IMG/VR virus record: IMGVR_UViG_3300044247_000057
Span: 1 to 64,000 of that record
Origin: a virus
Taxonomy: Duplodnaviria; Caudoviricetes
Length of the DNA: 64,000 bases
Reading direction: 5' to 3' (one strand)
The notes under the pieces are model-generated. The model made no database searches. It worked only from the letters and a program-made list of their open reading frames with translations, and was not told where the DNA came from. Within the stretch, counting starts at the first letter, position 1, and each line of letters starts with the position of its first letter. Below are positions 15,136-24,614 of the stretch, piece after piece. Position numbers and translations under genes: made by a program.

Positions 15136-17840
15136 TGCTCGCCCTGGTGCGGGACGAGCCCAGCAGGTTCTGGAGCCTCCACACCCACTCCCGGTACTCC
15201 GCCACCGATGCGATGCCGCAGGTGAAGGAGATCGTGAAGCGAGCCAAGGAGCTGGGCTACCCGGCTCTGGGGCTCACCGACCACGGCAACATGGCGGGAT
15301 CGGTCGAGCTGTACCGGGAGTGCCGCAAGGCGGGCATCAAGCCCCTGCCCGGCTCCGAGCTCTACTTCGTCACCAGCCGGGACGACAAGAAGGCCAAGCG
15401 GTACCACCTGTGCATGGCGGCCTACACCACCGAGGGCTACCGGAACATGGTGCGGATCAGCACCGACACCCACCGCAACTTCCACTACAAGCCGCTGTTG
15501 GACTTCGCTGACCTGGCTCGCTACGCCGACGAGGGCTGGAACGAGGGGATAGCGCTCACCACCGGCTGCTACTTCGGTCTGGTGGTCCAGACGCTCATCC
15601 ACGAGGGCTATGAGGCGGCCAAGCAGATCGTGGCCACCTATGCCATGAGCTTCGACACCTACGTCGAACTCCAGGTCCACCACATCGACCACGGTGAGGG
15701 GGTGATGCCCGAGGCCCAGATCGTCGACAACCTGGTAGCTATCGCAGATGATCTGGGCCTCCCGTGCATCCTCACCCAGGACTCTCACTACGTGCACGAG
15801 GGCGAGAAGCCACTGCACGACGCGATGAAGAAGCTGGTGTCCTACGGCTCCGACCTGGACGACGTGGTGTTCCCCGGTGACGGGTTCCACCTGGTGGATG
15901 ACGCCTGGATGATGGACCACCACGCGCACTACGCCAGGGGCGTCGCCGGACTCGACCTGCTGCTGAGCAAGCACGACATGTACGTGCCCGAGATCGAGGA
16001 GTACCAGTACCGGATACCAGCGGTCTCGGTGGACCCGGACAAGGTGCTGCGGCAGCGGTGCACCAAGGCCCTGGCCCGAGCCAGCCTGTTCACCAAGAAG
16101 TACCTGGACCGGCTCGACGAAGAGCTGAGCGTGGTCGAGGCGGCAGGGATGGCCAACTACCTGCTGCTGGTCGCTCAGGTCTGCGACTACATGCGGTTGC
16201 AGGGCATCCACTACCAGACCCGTGGCTCAGCAGCGGGCTCCCTGGCCTGCTGGATGCTCGGCATCACCAACCTGAACCCCATCAAGTGGGGTGCGACGTT
16301 CGACCGCTTCCTGAGCAAGGACCGGACCAAGCCGCCCGATATCGACCTGGACGTGGAGCACACCCGTAGGCGTCAGGTGCACACCTGGATCGCCCGTCGC
16401 TACGCGGTCACCCAGGTCTGCACCTGGGGCGTGCTGGGGATGAACAAGGACGAGCGCGGCAAGGGCAGCCTGAAGGTCAAGTACTTCTCCAAGCGCCGTC
16501 AGGTGCTGAAGGCCAACGGTCAGCGGGTGCCCCAGGACGCCTGGTGGGAGATCCCCGCTGAGGACCGGCAGGAGATCTTCCGGTTGGCTGCCAAGGAGTG
16601 CTACTCGGGCTACGGCGTCCATGCCTGCGCGTTGGCCCTGCTGACCACCCAGTCCGAGATGGACGAGATGGTGCCGATGCAGTGGGTGGCATCCAGCAAG
16701 ACCATGGTTACCCAGTACGACGGCTCCACCATCGAGTCCCTGGGCATCATCAAGCTCGACCTGCTGGGAAGCAAGACGATGACGGTGCTCAGGAAGACGG
16801 CGGACAACCTGGGCCGGGAGATGGACTTCCTGGAGGAGATCCCCTTCGACTCCCTGGGCGTCTACTCGATGCTGCGTAGGGGAGACACCGATGGGGTGTT
16901 CCAGCTCGAAGGTGGGACCTCACAGCGGGGCTGCAAGGACCTGAAGCCGAAGAGCATCCACGACATTGTCGACAGCATGGCCCTGTTCCGCCCGGCCACC
17001 ATGAACTCGGGGGCCATGCAGACCTACCTGGACAGGCGGTTCGGACGCGAGGAACAGCCCAAGCGGCACGACCTGATCCAGCGGCACACCAAGAAGACCC
17101 GAGGGGTGCTGCTCTACCAGGACCAGATCATCCAGATCCTGCGTGACCTGGGGCTGAACCCCGATGACCTGACCGACTTCCTGAAGGCGGTCAAGGCATC
17201 GAACAAGAACGTCACCGAGGCCAAGGCGAAGATCGACAGGTACATGCCGATGATCCAGCGAATGTGCACCGAACAGGGGATGACCGATGAGGACTGGCGG
17301 TGGATGGACCACGCCTTCCGGGCGTTTGCTGACTACTCCTTCAACGTGGCTCACGCCACGGTCTACGGGCTATGTGCCTACCGGTGCGCTTATCTGGCCC
17401 TGCACCATCCCATCGAGTTCCATGCGGCTCTCCTCGAAGTCGCGGGAGGCACGGACAAAGAGACCCAGTACATCCGAGCCACCCGAGGACGAGGCATCAG
17501 GATCCGCAAGCCCGACCTGAACGGCAGCAAGCAGGGCTACGCGATTCACCGCAAGGCGATCCGGAAGGGGTTCCTGGCTATCGACGGCCTGGGCCCTGTC
17601 ATCGCCCGTCACCTGGAGCGTGGACAGCCGTACAAGAGCTGGGACGACTTCGCCGCCAAGGCGGTTGGCACCAAGATCTCCGGGGTCAAGGACTTCCACC
17701 CACATGAGACCAGTCCAGACCAGTTGGTCGGGACCGTCAGGATCCTCTACGACCTGGGGGTGTTCGCCGACAGCATCGGTGACCCGCCCTTCGGCGAGGG
17801 GTACGTCAAGCCAACCCGAAGGAAGAAGGCCCAAGCATGA
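15135..17840 (+). CDS. dnaE: DNA polymerase III alpha-like (DnaE, C-family) with PHP domain
   Basis: LHTHSRYS, TDHG, GSELY, TQDSHY, RGSAAGSL, PDIDLD, KLDLLG, GVFQLE, YSFNVAHA. Confidence 0.95.
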   Translation: MLALVRDEPSRFWSLHTHSRYSATDAMPQVKEIVKRAKELGYPALGLTDHGNMAGSVELYRECRKAGIKPLPGSELYFVTSRDDKKAKRYHLCMAAYTTEGYRNMVRISTDTHRNFHYKPLLDFADLARYADEGWNEGIALTTGCYFGLVVQTLIHEGYEAAKQIVATYAMSFDTYVELQVHHIDHGEGVMPEAQIVDNLVAIADDLGLPCILTQDSHYVHEGEKPLHDAMKKLVSYGSDLDDVVFPGDGFHLVDDAWMMDHHAHYARGVAGLDLLLSKHDMYVPEIEEYQYRIPAVSVDPDKVLRQRCTKALARASLFTKKYLDRLDEELSVVEAAGMANYLLLVAQVCDYMRLQGIHYQTRGSAAGSLACWMLGITNLNPIKWGATFDRFLSKDRTKPPDIDLDVEHTRRRQVHTWIARRYAVTQVCTWGVLGMNKDERGKGSLKVKYFSKRRQVLKANGQRVPQDAWWEIPAEDRQEIFRLAAKECYSGYGVHACALALLTTQSEMDEMVPMQWVASSKTMVTQYDGSTIESLGIIKLDLLGSKTMTVLRKTADNLGREMDFLEEIPFDSLGVYSMLRRGDTDGVFQLEGGTSQRGCKDLKPKSIHDIVDSMALFRPATMNSGAMQTYLDRRFGREEQPKRHDLIQRHTKKTRGVLLYQDQIIQILRDLGLNPDDLTDFLKAVKASNKNVTEAKAKIDRYMPMIQRMCTEQGMTDEDWRWMDHAFRAFADYSFNVAHATVYGLCAYRCAYLALHHPIEFHAALLEVAGGTDKETQYIRATRGRGIRIRKPDLNGSKQGYAIHRKAIRKGFLAIDGLGPVIARHLERGQPYKSWDDFAAKAVGTKISGVKDFHPHETSPDQLVGTVRILYDLGVFADSIGDPPFGEGYVKPTRRKKAQA

Positions 17841-18124
17841 CCAGAACGATCCAGTGCGACGTCTGTGGCGAGAGCAAGGAGATCAGCAACGCCGACGACT
17901 ACTTCGTGCTCCAGATCCCCCACCGCAACCTGGAGGAGGAGATCGACGAGCCGCTGGTGGTGGACGTCTGCACCCTGCAGTGCCTCAGCACCGTGGTGGA
18001 GAGCCTGCAGCCCGATGCTCCCCAGACCCAGACGCTGCCTGCCGAGCCTGAGCCCGTCCACAACGGTCGGCTGCAGCCCCAGGCTCATGTCGGTCGGTAC
18101 GAGGGTGAGGTGACGGTGCGGTGA
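17837..18124 (+). CDS. small zinc-binding hypothetical protein
   Basis: CDVC...DVCTLQC; ATGA overlap. Confidence 0.7.
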   Translation: MTRTIQCDVCGESKEISNADDYFVLQIPHRNLEEEIDEPLVVDVCTLQCLSTVVESLQPDAPQTQTLPAEPEPVHNGRLQPQAHVGRYEGEVTVR

Positions 18125-18321
18125 AGGTCCTGGTGTCCTACGGCCACTCGTACGGACCCGGCAAGACCCACATCAAGGCGAAAGAGAAGAGCATCTGGGG
18201 GACAGCAGCACCGCTCTGCAACCCCAAGGGCATCCACGCCAAGGAGGAGACCGGTTCGCTTGACGACGTCACCTGCAAGATCTGTCTGAGGATCCATGCT
18301 GAGGCAGATGTCAGCGCGTGA
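18121..18321 (+). CDS. small zinc-binding hypothetical protein
   Basis: H...LC...VTCKIC motif; GTGA overlap. Confidence 0.7.
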   Translation: MKVLVSYGHSYGPGKTHIKAKEKSIWGTAAPLCNPKGIHAKEETGSLDDVTCKICLRIHAEADVSA

Positions 18322-18640
18322 GCTGGTCTTCGAGCGCAGCGACCACCATTGCGAGGTCATGGTGCTGGTCAACCACGTCTATACCCGTTGTGGGAGAGCT
18401 GCGCCTGACGTCCACCACCTCCTGTTCCGTAGTCGAGGTGGCGATGTCCTCGACGAGGTGGGGGAGACCTACCACCTCATCAATCTGTGCCGCACACATC
18501 ACGACTGGGCTCACCGTCACCCCGCCCTGGCAGCATCTGTCGGGATGGTGATCGAGGGTCAGGTCTGGCTGGATGACGGTCCGGTCTACATCGGTCCTGA
18601 CCCCTACCTCCGCTCCACCTACCGAAGGAGATGGTTATGA
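18308..18640 (+). CDS. HNH endonuclease
   Basis: HCE...RCG...DVHHLLFRSRGG...NLCRTHHDWAH. Confidence 0.85.
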   Translation: MSARELVFERSDHHCEVMVLVNHVYTRCGRAAPDVHHLLFRSRGGDVLDEVGETYHLINLCRTHHDWAHRHPALAASVGMVIEGQVWLDDGPVYIGPDPYLRSTYRRRWL

Positions 18641-18861
18641 CTACCGCTAGCTTCCGACACCCCTGCCGGGTGTGCGCCGTCTGGGAGTGCGCCACGTGCC
18701 GCTGGAGACGCCGTCCGGCCAACCGGCTGCGCCCTGACCTGCAGTACTGCGCTCGTTGCGGGTCCGAGCAGGGCGAGTTCAAGGACGTCATGCATACCGC
18801 CCTCTACATCCAGCGTGAGCACGACGAGGACGCTGAGCGAGAGCTGGGGAAAGTCATATGA
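18637..18861 (+). CDS. small zinc-finger protein
   Basis: CRVC, CATC, CARC motifs. Confidence 0.65.
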   Translation: MTTASFRHPCRVCAVWECATCRWRRRPANRLRPDLQYCARCGSEQGEFKDVMHTALYIQREHDEDAERELGKVI

Positions 18862-19640
18862 CCAAGTTCGGGCAGCTGGCCAAGGCTGCAGACCAGAACA
18901 GGAAGGTGCTGGACCTCTACGACGAGTACCTGGTGAGCAAGCGGAGTCAACGGAAGGAAGCCGAGGTCCTGCACTGGCTACTTACCAAGAACCTGGGGGA
19001 CGGTCAGCTCGGGGGGAGGGACCGTGCGGGTTATTGGTCAGCCTCCAGTGCAGGACGCTGCTCACGCGAGCAGCAGTTCACGTACCTCGGGTTCAAGGGC
19101 AAGGCTACCGATGTTCAGGCCCAGAACATCTTCGACAACGGAGACTTCCTGCATCTGAGATACCAGGTGGCCGGGATCATCGGTGGCTGGCTCACCGATG
19201 CCGAGGTACCGGTGACGCTGTCCAACGGCAGCACCAGGGTCAAGGGCACCATGGACGGCGTCCTGGAGTGGGGTGAGGTGCTGGAGCTGAAGAGCATCAA
19301 CGCCCGTGGCTTCGCCGAGGTGGTGGACCTGGGGCCCAAGCGGCTGCACAGGATGCAGGCCACCGCCTACATGCTCGCCTCAGGCATGAAGCGCACCCGC
19401 TTCGTGTACGAGAACAAGGACCGCAACACCAACGCCGAGTACGTCTTCGACCTGGAGTACGGCTACGAGACCCTGGTGAAGGAGCAGTGGGAGCTGCTGA
19501 CCGAGCTCACCAACCTGCAGGAGCTGGCCCCACGTCAGCCTGACTGCATCAACGAGCGGGGCATGGAGTGGCGCTACTGCCAGTTCCAGCAGATCTGTGA
19601 GCGTGCCCAGTTCCCCGCTCTGAAGCTGGTGCTCACGTGA
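18858..19640 (+). CDS. Cas4-like PD-(D/E)xK exonuclease
   Basis: SASSAGRC, GDFLH, GTMDG, LELKS, QATAY, and four Cys (one N-terminal, three C-terminal) suited to an Fe-S cluster. Confidence 0.85.
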   Translation: MTKFGQLAKAADQNRKVLDLYDEYLVSKRSQRKEAEVLHWLLTKNLGDGQLGGRDRAGYWSASSAGRCSREQQFTYLGFKGKATDVQAQNIFDNGDFLHLRYQVAGIIGGWLTDAEVPVTLSNGSTRVKGTMDGVLEWGEVLELKSINARGFAEVVDLGPKRLHRMQATAYMLASGMKRTRFVYENKDRNTNAEYVFDLEYGYETLVKEQWELLTELTNLQELAPRQPDCINERGMEWRYCQFQQICERAQFPALKLVLT

Positions 19641-20071
19641 AGATTCAACTAGAGCCAGAGAGCCCTCTGCCCCCGGTAGCCCACCCACGCCACGTGCAGT
19701 TCGGACACCGACTCATCGACATCAAGCTGCCCGATGGGCTGGAGGAATATGACGAGATGATGACTGAGCTGCTGGACATGACCAGGGTGCTGAAGGGGAC
19801 AGCGGACGCACCCGTGTCCAGTCCCTATCTGAGCCTCATGGAGGTGGCCACGGCTTATCTCGCTCGTGCCTACGAGATCGAGATGTTGATCCACCAGGGT
19901 GAGCACGGTGGCCAGATCGAGCGCGGTGATGACCTGTACAAGTTCCGTACGGGCCCGTTGCAGTCATTCATCAACATGGCGAGGAAGATGACAGACCTCG
20001 GCTCGCGCAGGCTCAGCCAGGAGGCTCTGCTGGCCGATCAGCGCAGAGGCCTGGGGGAGAGATGGTCATAG
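19637..20071 (+). CDS. hypothetical protein (144 aa)
   Basis: GTGA overlap; between exonuclease and resolvase. Confidence 0.75.
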   Translation: MKIQLEPESPLPPVAHPRHVQFGHRLIDIKLPDGLEEYDEMMTELLDMTRVLKGTADAPVSSPYLSLMEVATAYLARAYEIEMLIHQGEHGGQIERGDDLYKFRTGPLQSFINMARKMTDLGSRRLSQEALLADQRRGLGERWS

Positions 20072-20571
20072 TCGGTATCGACTGCGGCAAGGACCGAGTC
20101 GACGCGGTGATGCTGAACGGTGAGATGTTCGCCGCGTGCTGGACCACTGACCTGTCCAAGCTGAAGCACCGGGAGCGTGATTCCTGCCTGAAGCGGATGC
20201 GCTTCGACCTGATGGCCTGGATGAGGGACTCACCGGTTGAGGCGATCTACGTCGAGGAGGCCATTGCGATCACCTCGCGTCGTGTGGCTATCTGGATGGC
20301 GCACACCGTGGGTATGGTATTGACGCTGCCCTACCCCGTCTACACCGTCGCTGTGGACTCCTGGAAGCAGGAGCTGTGCAAGGCCGGTGCTAGCAAGGAG
20401 AGGGTGAAGGAGGTGGTGTCAGGCCGCTATCCCGAGACAGTTGAGATCTTCGGCGATAGGCAGGATCTGTTCGATGCCACAGGGGTTGCAGTCTTTGGTC
20501 AGGCCGACCAGAACAAGAGAGACCTATTCGGACCTGGATCCACCCCGACAACCCACCCCGCTGGAAGTTGA
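20062..20571 (+). CDS. ruvC: RuvC-like Holliday junction resolvase
   Basis: IVGIDCG, IYVEE, SWK...ASKERV, DLFDA acidic catalytic pattern. Confidence 0.85.
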   Translation: MVIVGIDCGKDRVDAVMLNGEMFAACWTTDLSKLKHRERDSCLKRMRFDLMAWMRDSPVEAIYVEEAIAITSRRVAIWMAHTVGMVLTLPYPVYTVAVDSWKQELCKAGASKERVKEVVSGRYPETVEIFGDRQDLFDATGVAVFGQADQNKRDLFGPGSTPTTHPAGS

Positions 20572-20860
20572 CTGGCATGAGCAAGCAGCCTGCTACCGAC
20601 TCTGGTACGACAACCCCAAGAACGACCCGTTCTTCGTCAACACCCGATCAGAGGCCACCAGAAAGACCGCAGAAGCCCGGCAGTGGTGCCTCAAACCGTG
20701 TCCTGTGCGTGAGCAATGCCTTCGATCATCCCTGGAGCATCGTGACCGTTACGGAGTCTGGGGAGGTCTGGGACCGAATGAGCGGCGGCGCTATCTGGAC
20801 CGTATCGACGCCGGGGAGCTGACGCTGGACCAGGTGGTATCCGATGTCTGCGGTGGCTGA
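20474..20860 (+). CDS. whiB: WhiB-family transcription factor (start uncertain)
   Basis: WHEQAAC...WCLKPCPVREQC...GVWGGL. Confidence 0.9.
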   Translation: MPQGLQSLVRPTRTRETYSDLDPPRQPTPLEVDWHEQAACYRLWYDNPKNDPFFVNTRSEATRKTAEARQWCLKPCPVREQCLRSSLEHRDRYGVWGGLGPNERRRYLDRIDAGELTLDQVVSDVCGG

Positions 20861-21395
20861 CCGGGAGAGCATCGAGGACCTGCAACGCAGCGTCTACCAC
20901 TACCGGATGGCCGGGGAGACGGTTGACTCCATCGCCGAGATCCTGGGCATCACCATCAACCTGGTGGTCAAGTACCACCGCGCCTACATGGTTCGGCTGG
21001 CCAAGGCCGGTGAGATCGAGAGCGTTGACCACGCCAAGCTGATGGAGCTGGACCGCCTCGACACCTTGATGCGAGCCCACTGGCCGATGGCCACTGAGGA
21101 GCATGACGAGGACGTGCTGGTGGGCTCAGGCCCCTCCCAGCACATCGAGATGGTCAAGCGCCCCCCTTCCGAGCGCTCAGCCCGCCTGGTGCTGGACGTC
21201 ATCAAGCAGCGGGCAAGGCTCCGGGGCTGGGACGTGGCCGAGGCGGTGGACACCAGCACTGTGCAGAACATCCTGATCGTGGGCAACGACCAGAAGGCGT
21301 ACCTGGAGGCCATGCTGGCGGGTCGGAAGCAGGCTCTGGATAGCGGCCACACGGATAATGTCCTGGAAGGCGAAATCGAGGAGGCTGGCCCGTGA
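20844..21395 (+). CDS. terminase small subunit / HTH DNA-binding protein
   Basis: N-terminal HTH (TVDSIAEILGIT), ELDRLD...W...VLDVIKQRARLRGWD pattern typical of actinophage small terminases. Confidence 0.65.
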   Translation: MSAVADRESIEDLQRSVYHYRMAGETVDSIAEILGITINLVVKYHRAYMVRLAKAGEIESVDHAKLMELDRLDTLMRAHWPMATEEHDEDVLVGSGPSQHIEMVKRPPSERSARLVLDVIKQRARLRGWDVAEAVDTSTVQNILIVGNDQKAYLEAMLAGRKQALDSGHTDNVLEGEIEEAGP

Positions 21396-21793
21396 GCGTT
21401 GCTGCGAATGTGGACCTGAGCATGGATCAGGGCGCGGACTTCGCGTGCCAGCTGTACTGGACCTCGGGCGAGAATCAGCCCTACAAGGTGCAGGGTCCGA
21501 TGCGGATGGAGATCCGCAACTCGGTCGGCAACGTGGTGTGCACGCTGCAGACCAACGAGACGAGCGAGGACGAGGAGAACCTGCCGGACAACCAGTCCAT
21601 CGCCTACAACTCCGACTCGGGTCTGATCCAGCTGTACATCGACGCGGCCACCTCTGACCTGATCCCGGCTGGTTCCCACGACTACGACCTGTTCGTGTCC
21701 TACCTGGACTCCAGCATCACCCAGCGCATCCGCAAGCAGCGGCTGCTGTACGGCAAGGTGATGGTCAACGGACGCATCACCCATCACGTCTGA
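21392..21793 (+). CDS. tail-fibre connector/baseplate-type protein (LtfC/BppU-N-like)
   Basis: DLSMDQGADF...MRMEIR...GLIQLYI...YDLFV...LLYGKVMV pattern. Confidence 0.65.
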   Translation: MSVAANVDLSMDQGADFACQLYWTSGENQPYKVQGPMRMEIRNSVGNVVCTLQTNETSEDEENLPDNQSIAYNSDSGLIQLYIDAATSDLIPAGSHDYDLFVSYLDSSITQRIRKQRLLYGKVMVNGRITHHV

Positions 21794-21801
21794 GGAGAGC
21801 A

Positions 21802-22500
21802 ATGGCCAGCACTGTCGCAAGGCTCACCTCAGGTGATGTCATCCAGATCCGTACCGGTGTCCTCCAGGGCATCGGCCCGCAGGGTCCAGTAGGTCCGGTA
21901 GGTCCCGAGGGTCAGACCGGCCCACAGGGCACCCAGGGCACCCCAGGTCCCATGGGGCAGATCGACGACCTGGTGACCAAGGCCAGCACGGTGGGAGCCA
22001 GCCAGCCAGTGGCTTCCAACACCCCGACGATGGTGAACTTCACCACCGTCATCCGGGATGACGCGGGCCTTGTCTCTAGCCTCACTACCCTGACCCTTCC
22101 TATCGGCAACTGGTACATCAAGGCGAACATCAACTTCAACAAGCCCAGCGCCGCCGCAGGCAGTGGCAGGCGACGGGTCAGCGTCCAGTGGGACGGGGTG
22201 GAGCAGGACGGCCAGAGCCAGAACGCGCTGGCCGACTTCGACACCGAGGTCAACTTCAGCACCGTGGTGGTGGCCACTTCAGAGGCCCGCCCCTGTGTCC
22301 TCTACGTGAGCCACTCAGACACGGTGGCCATCTCGGTGGTGAGCAAGGTGACGGTGACCAAGCTCGGCCCAGGAGCGCAGGGTCCAGCAGGTGCAGCAGG
22401 GCCTAATGGTCCGGTGGGCCAGACGGGTCCGACCGGTCCTCAGGGCGTGCCCGGCACCCTCGTGTCCAACTCGACCACGTTCGAGCAGATCGGTGGCTGA
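21802..22500 (+). CDS. minor tail protein with two collagen-like stretches flanking a beta-sandwich (C1q-like) domain
   Basis: G-X-Y runs at both ends; central beta-rich segment. Confidence 0.75.
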   Translation: MASTVARLTSGDVIQIRTGVLQGIGPQGPVGPVGPEGQTGPQGTQGTPGPMGQIDDLVTKASTVGASQPVASNTPTMVNFTTVIRDDAGLVSSLTTLTLPIGNWYIKANINFNKPSAAAGSGRRRVSVQWDGVEQDGQSQNALADFDTEVNFSTVVVATSEARPCVLYVSHSDTVAISVVSKVTVTKLGPGAQGPAGAAGPNGPVGQTGPTGPQGVPGTLVSNSTTFEQIGG

Positions 22501-22904
22501 TGACCGCGTCCCGCCTTGTGCCGGGCAAAGAGCTGAGCGACGTCGAGTGGGTGGACGTCCAGGCCATGTGGCTGGGTGTGGACATCAGCGAGGCCAACGG
22601 CGGCAGCTTCCTGGCACCCGTTCAGTGGGTGGGTCGGATAGCGCTGATCCAGTGGGTCTTCCGGTTCGCCACCGTGACCAGCTCCGGCACCTCAGGGGCA
22701 CTGGCCATCAAGGCACCCGCACTGAACCGTCTCCCCGGGCAGTACTGCGGGGTGTTCTCCCAACGGGGAGCAACGGTGGCCGACACCTACTACTGCCTGT
22801 TCGACGCCACGAACGGTGGGTCGTTCCAGACCATCATGCCGGTCTTCTCCGCTCGCTCCATATCCATCACGGCTCAGCTCACAGCCGAGTACTTGAACTA
22901 CTAG
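22500..22904 (+). CDS. minor tail protein
   Basis: Within tail-fibre operon, beta-rich. Confidence 0.6.
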   Translation: MTASRLVPGKELSDVEWVDVQAMWLGVDISEANGGSFLAPVQWVGRIALIQWVFRFATVTSSGTSGALAIKAPALNRLPGQYCGVFSQRGATVADTYYCLFDATNGGSFQTIMPVFSARSISITAQLTAEYLNY

Positions 22905-22913
22905 GAGGCTGAC

Positions 22914-23252
22914 ATGGGCTACACCACGACACCGGTCAACGCGGTGCAGATCCCGGACAACAAGGAGTACCTGAACCAGGCGTGGAAGTTCAGCGGCATC
23001 TCGGCCACCCAGCTGGAGCCCTTCACGGTGATGAGGTTCGCCTCCATGACCGACCTGGCGGCCAAGCTGGTCGGTGCGACACTCGCCCCGAAGAACGGCA
23101 TGATCGTCTACGTGACCGCAGACTCAGCCTTCTACGGGTATGTGGCAGGGGCCTGGAAGCGGATCTACCCCACTGAGTCGAGAGTGTTCAGCGGTACCGG
23201 TATCCCAGCGACAAGCCTGGGCAATGTCGGAGACGTCTACATCCAGATCTAG
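22914..23252 (+). CDS. minor tail protein
   Basis: AGGAGG RBS; C-terminal TGIPATSLGNVGDVYIQ motif common in tail fibres. Confidence 0.65.
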   Translation: MGYTTTPVNAVQIPDNKEYLNQAWKFSGISATQLEPFTVMRFASMTDLAAKLVGATLAPKNGMIVYVTADSAFYGYVAGAWKRIYPTESRVFSGTGIPATSLGNVGDVYIQI

Positions 23253-23262
23253 AAGGAGCACC

Positions 23263-24288
23263 ATGGGCGCGATCTGGACGAAGACCGAGGATGGCTGGAA
23301 GTCCACCATCCCCTACGGTCGCGCCACCGCAGGATGGCACAAGGCCATCAAGGGATACCGCAAGACAGCGGCCACGGTGTGGACCGACCTGTTCACCACC
23401 GACTTCACCCCACCGGCAGTGCCCACCATCGTGAGCGTCACCGTGACAGCTGACCTGGACGTCAACCAGGGACGCCTGAGCATCACCATCAAGGCCCCCA
23501 CCACCTCCGACGTGGTGAGAGTCAGGGTGAAGGTCGGCAAGAGCATCTCCACCAACAACACCACCGACTCCAACTACGTGGCGGCAGTGGATGGCACGGG
23601 GCAGGAGTGGTCGGAGTGGGACATGGTCCCCAACCAGACCAAGACCAAGACCTGGCCCCTGGCAGGCAACCTCACCAACGGTGCGACGTACTACGTGACG
23701 GCCTGGGCAGTGGACAGGACGAGGAACTACAGCACAGCTGTGAACAAGAGCGTGAAGTACGCGACCCCCAAGGCCATCACGGTCAAGGACATCAGCGCCA
23801 CCATCATCCCCACCGACAGCCGCACCATCGCCAAGAGCAACAACGCCTGGACGACAGTGGACAAGTTCCTGCGTACGGGCAACGCCGCGAACTATCACGG
23901 TCTGTGGTTCTACAGCACCAGGATTCCCACCACATTGAAGGGTGCGCTGGGAATTGTCTCGTTGAACCTGCAGGTGCAGAGGTACCCCCAGGGCTCCTCA
24001 GGACCCACCAGATTCCACCTGTTCAGCCATAAGATGGAGAATCAAAGCAATATTTCGGTGTGGAGCCCAAGTCAGGTGGTGAACACCCAGGGGGTGTGGC
24101 ACGACATCCTGCCGAACCAGACGATCAGTGTCGAGATCCCCGAAACGTGGTACCCGTACATCCTCAACGGGACCATCAAGGGGTTCGGCATCTACACCGC
24201 TGCCAGCGCTCCCAACGACCAGTACAACCAGACGATCTATGGCTTCGGCACGTACTCGGGACGCCTCACTGCGGTGTACCGGAAGTGA
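23263..24288 (+). CDS. minor tail protein with FN3-like domain
   Basis: ATG 23263 after AAGGAG; PAVPT...YYVTAWAVDRTRNYS FN3 pattern. Confidence 0.7.
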   Translation: MGAIWTKTEDGWKSTIPYGRATAGWHKAIKGYRKTAATVWTDLFTTDFTPPAVPTIVSVTVTADLDVNQGRLSITIKAPTTSDVVRVRVKVGKSISTNNTTDSNYVAAVDGTGQEWSEWDMVPNQTKTKTWPLAGNLTNGATYYVTAWAVDRTRNYSTAVNKSVKYATPKAITVKDISATIIPTDSRTIAKSNNAWTTVDKFLRTGNAANYHGLWFYSTRIPTTLKGALGIVSLNLQVQRYPQGSSGPTRFHLFSHKMENQSNISVWSPSQVVNTQGVWHDILPNQTISVEIPETWYPYILNGTIKGFGIYTAASAPNDQYNQTIYGFGTYSGRLTAVYRK

Positions 24289-24614
24289 TCGAGATCGAGG
24301 GTGACGTCTACGGGGACCTGGTGGACGTGTACTACATCCCCTCTGACCCGTACCTCTGGGGACCACCACCAGACCACGTGATCGTGGTGGCCAGCCCACT
24401 GCACGCCAACCTGACGCCCAGGGACGGCCATACGCACGTGCAGGTGAGCCTGCCCGACAACACCATGCTGACCACGCCCAGCACCAACCAGTGGCACTGG
24501 ATGGTCTATGAGGTGGGCAAGCACACGACGTACCACTGGTCGCTGGACTCAGAGCCCAAGGTCATCACCTACGCTGCCAGCAGGCCCAGGAGAGCGATGG
24601 AGGTACGGCCATGA
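24285..24614 (+). CDS. small tail-associated protein
   Basis: GTGA overlap; resembles the N-terminal Ig-like attachment domain of the fibres. Confidence 0.55.
   Translation: MIEIEGDVYGDLVDVYYIPSDPYLWGPPPDHVIVVASPLHANLTPRDGHTHVQVSLPDNTMLTTPSTNQWHWMVYEVGKHTTYHWSLDSEPKVITYAASRPRRAMEVRP

Noticed and set aside
18858-19640. Cas4-like gene as evidence of a CRISPR system
   Set aside because: No repeat-spacer array or other cas genes; solo Cas4-like exonucleases next to RuvC are routine in phages.
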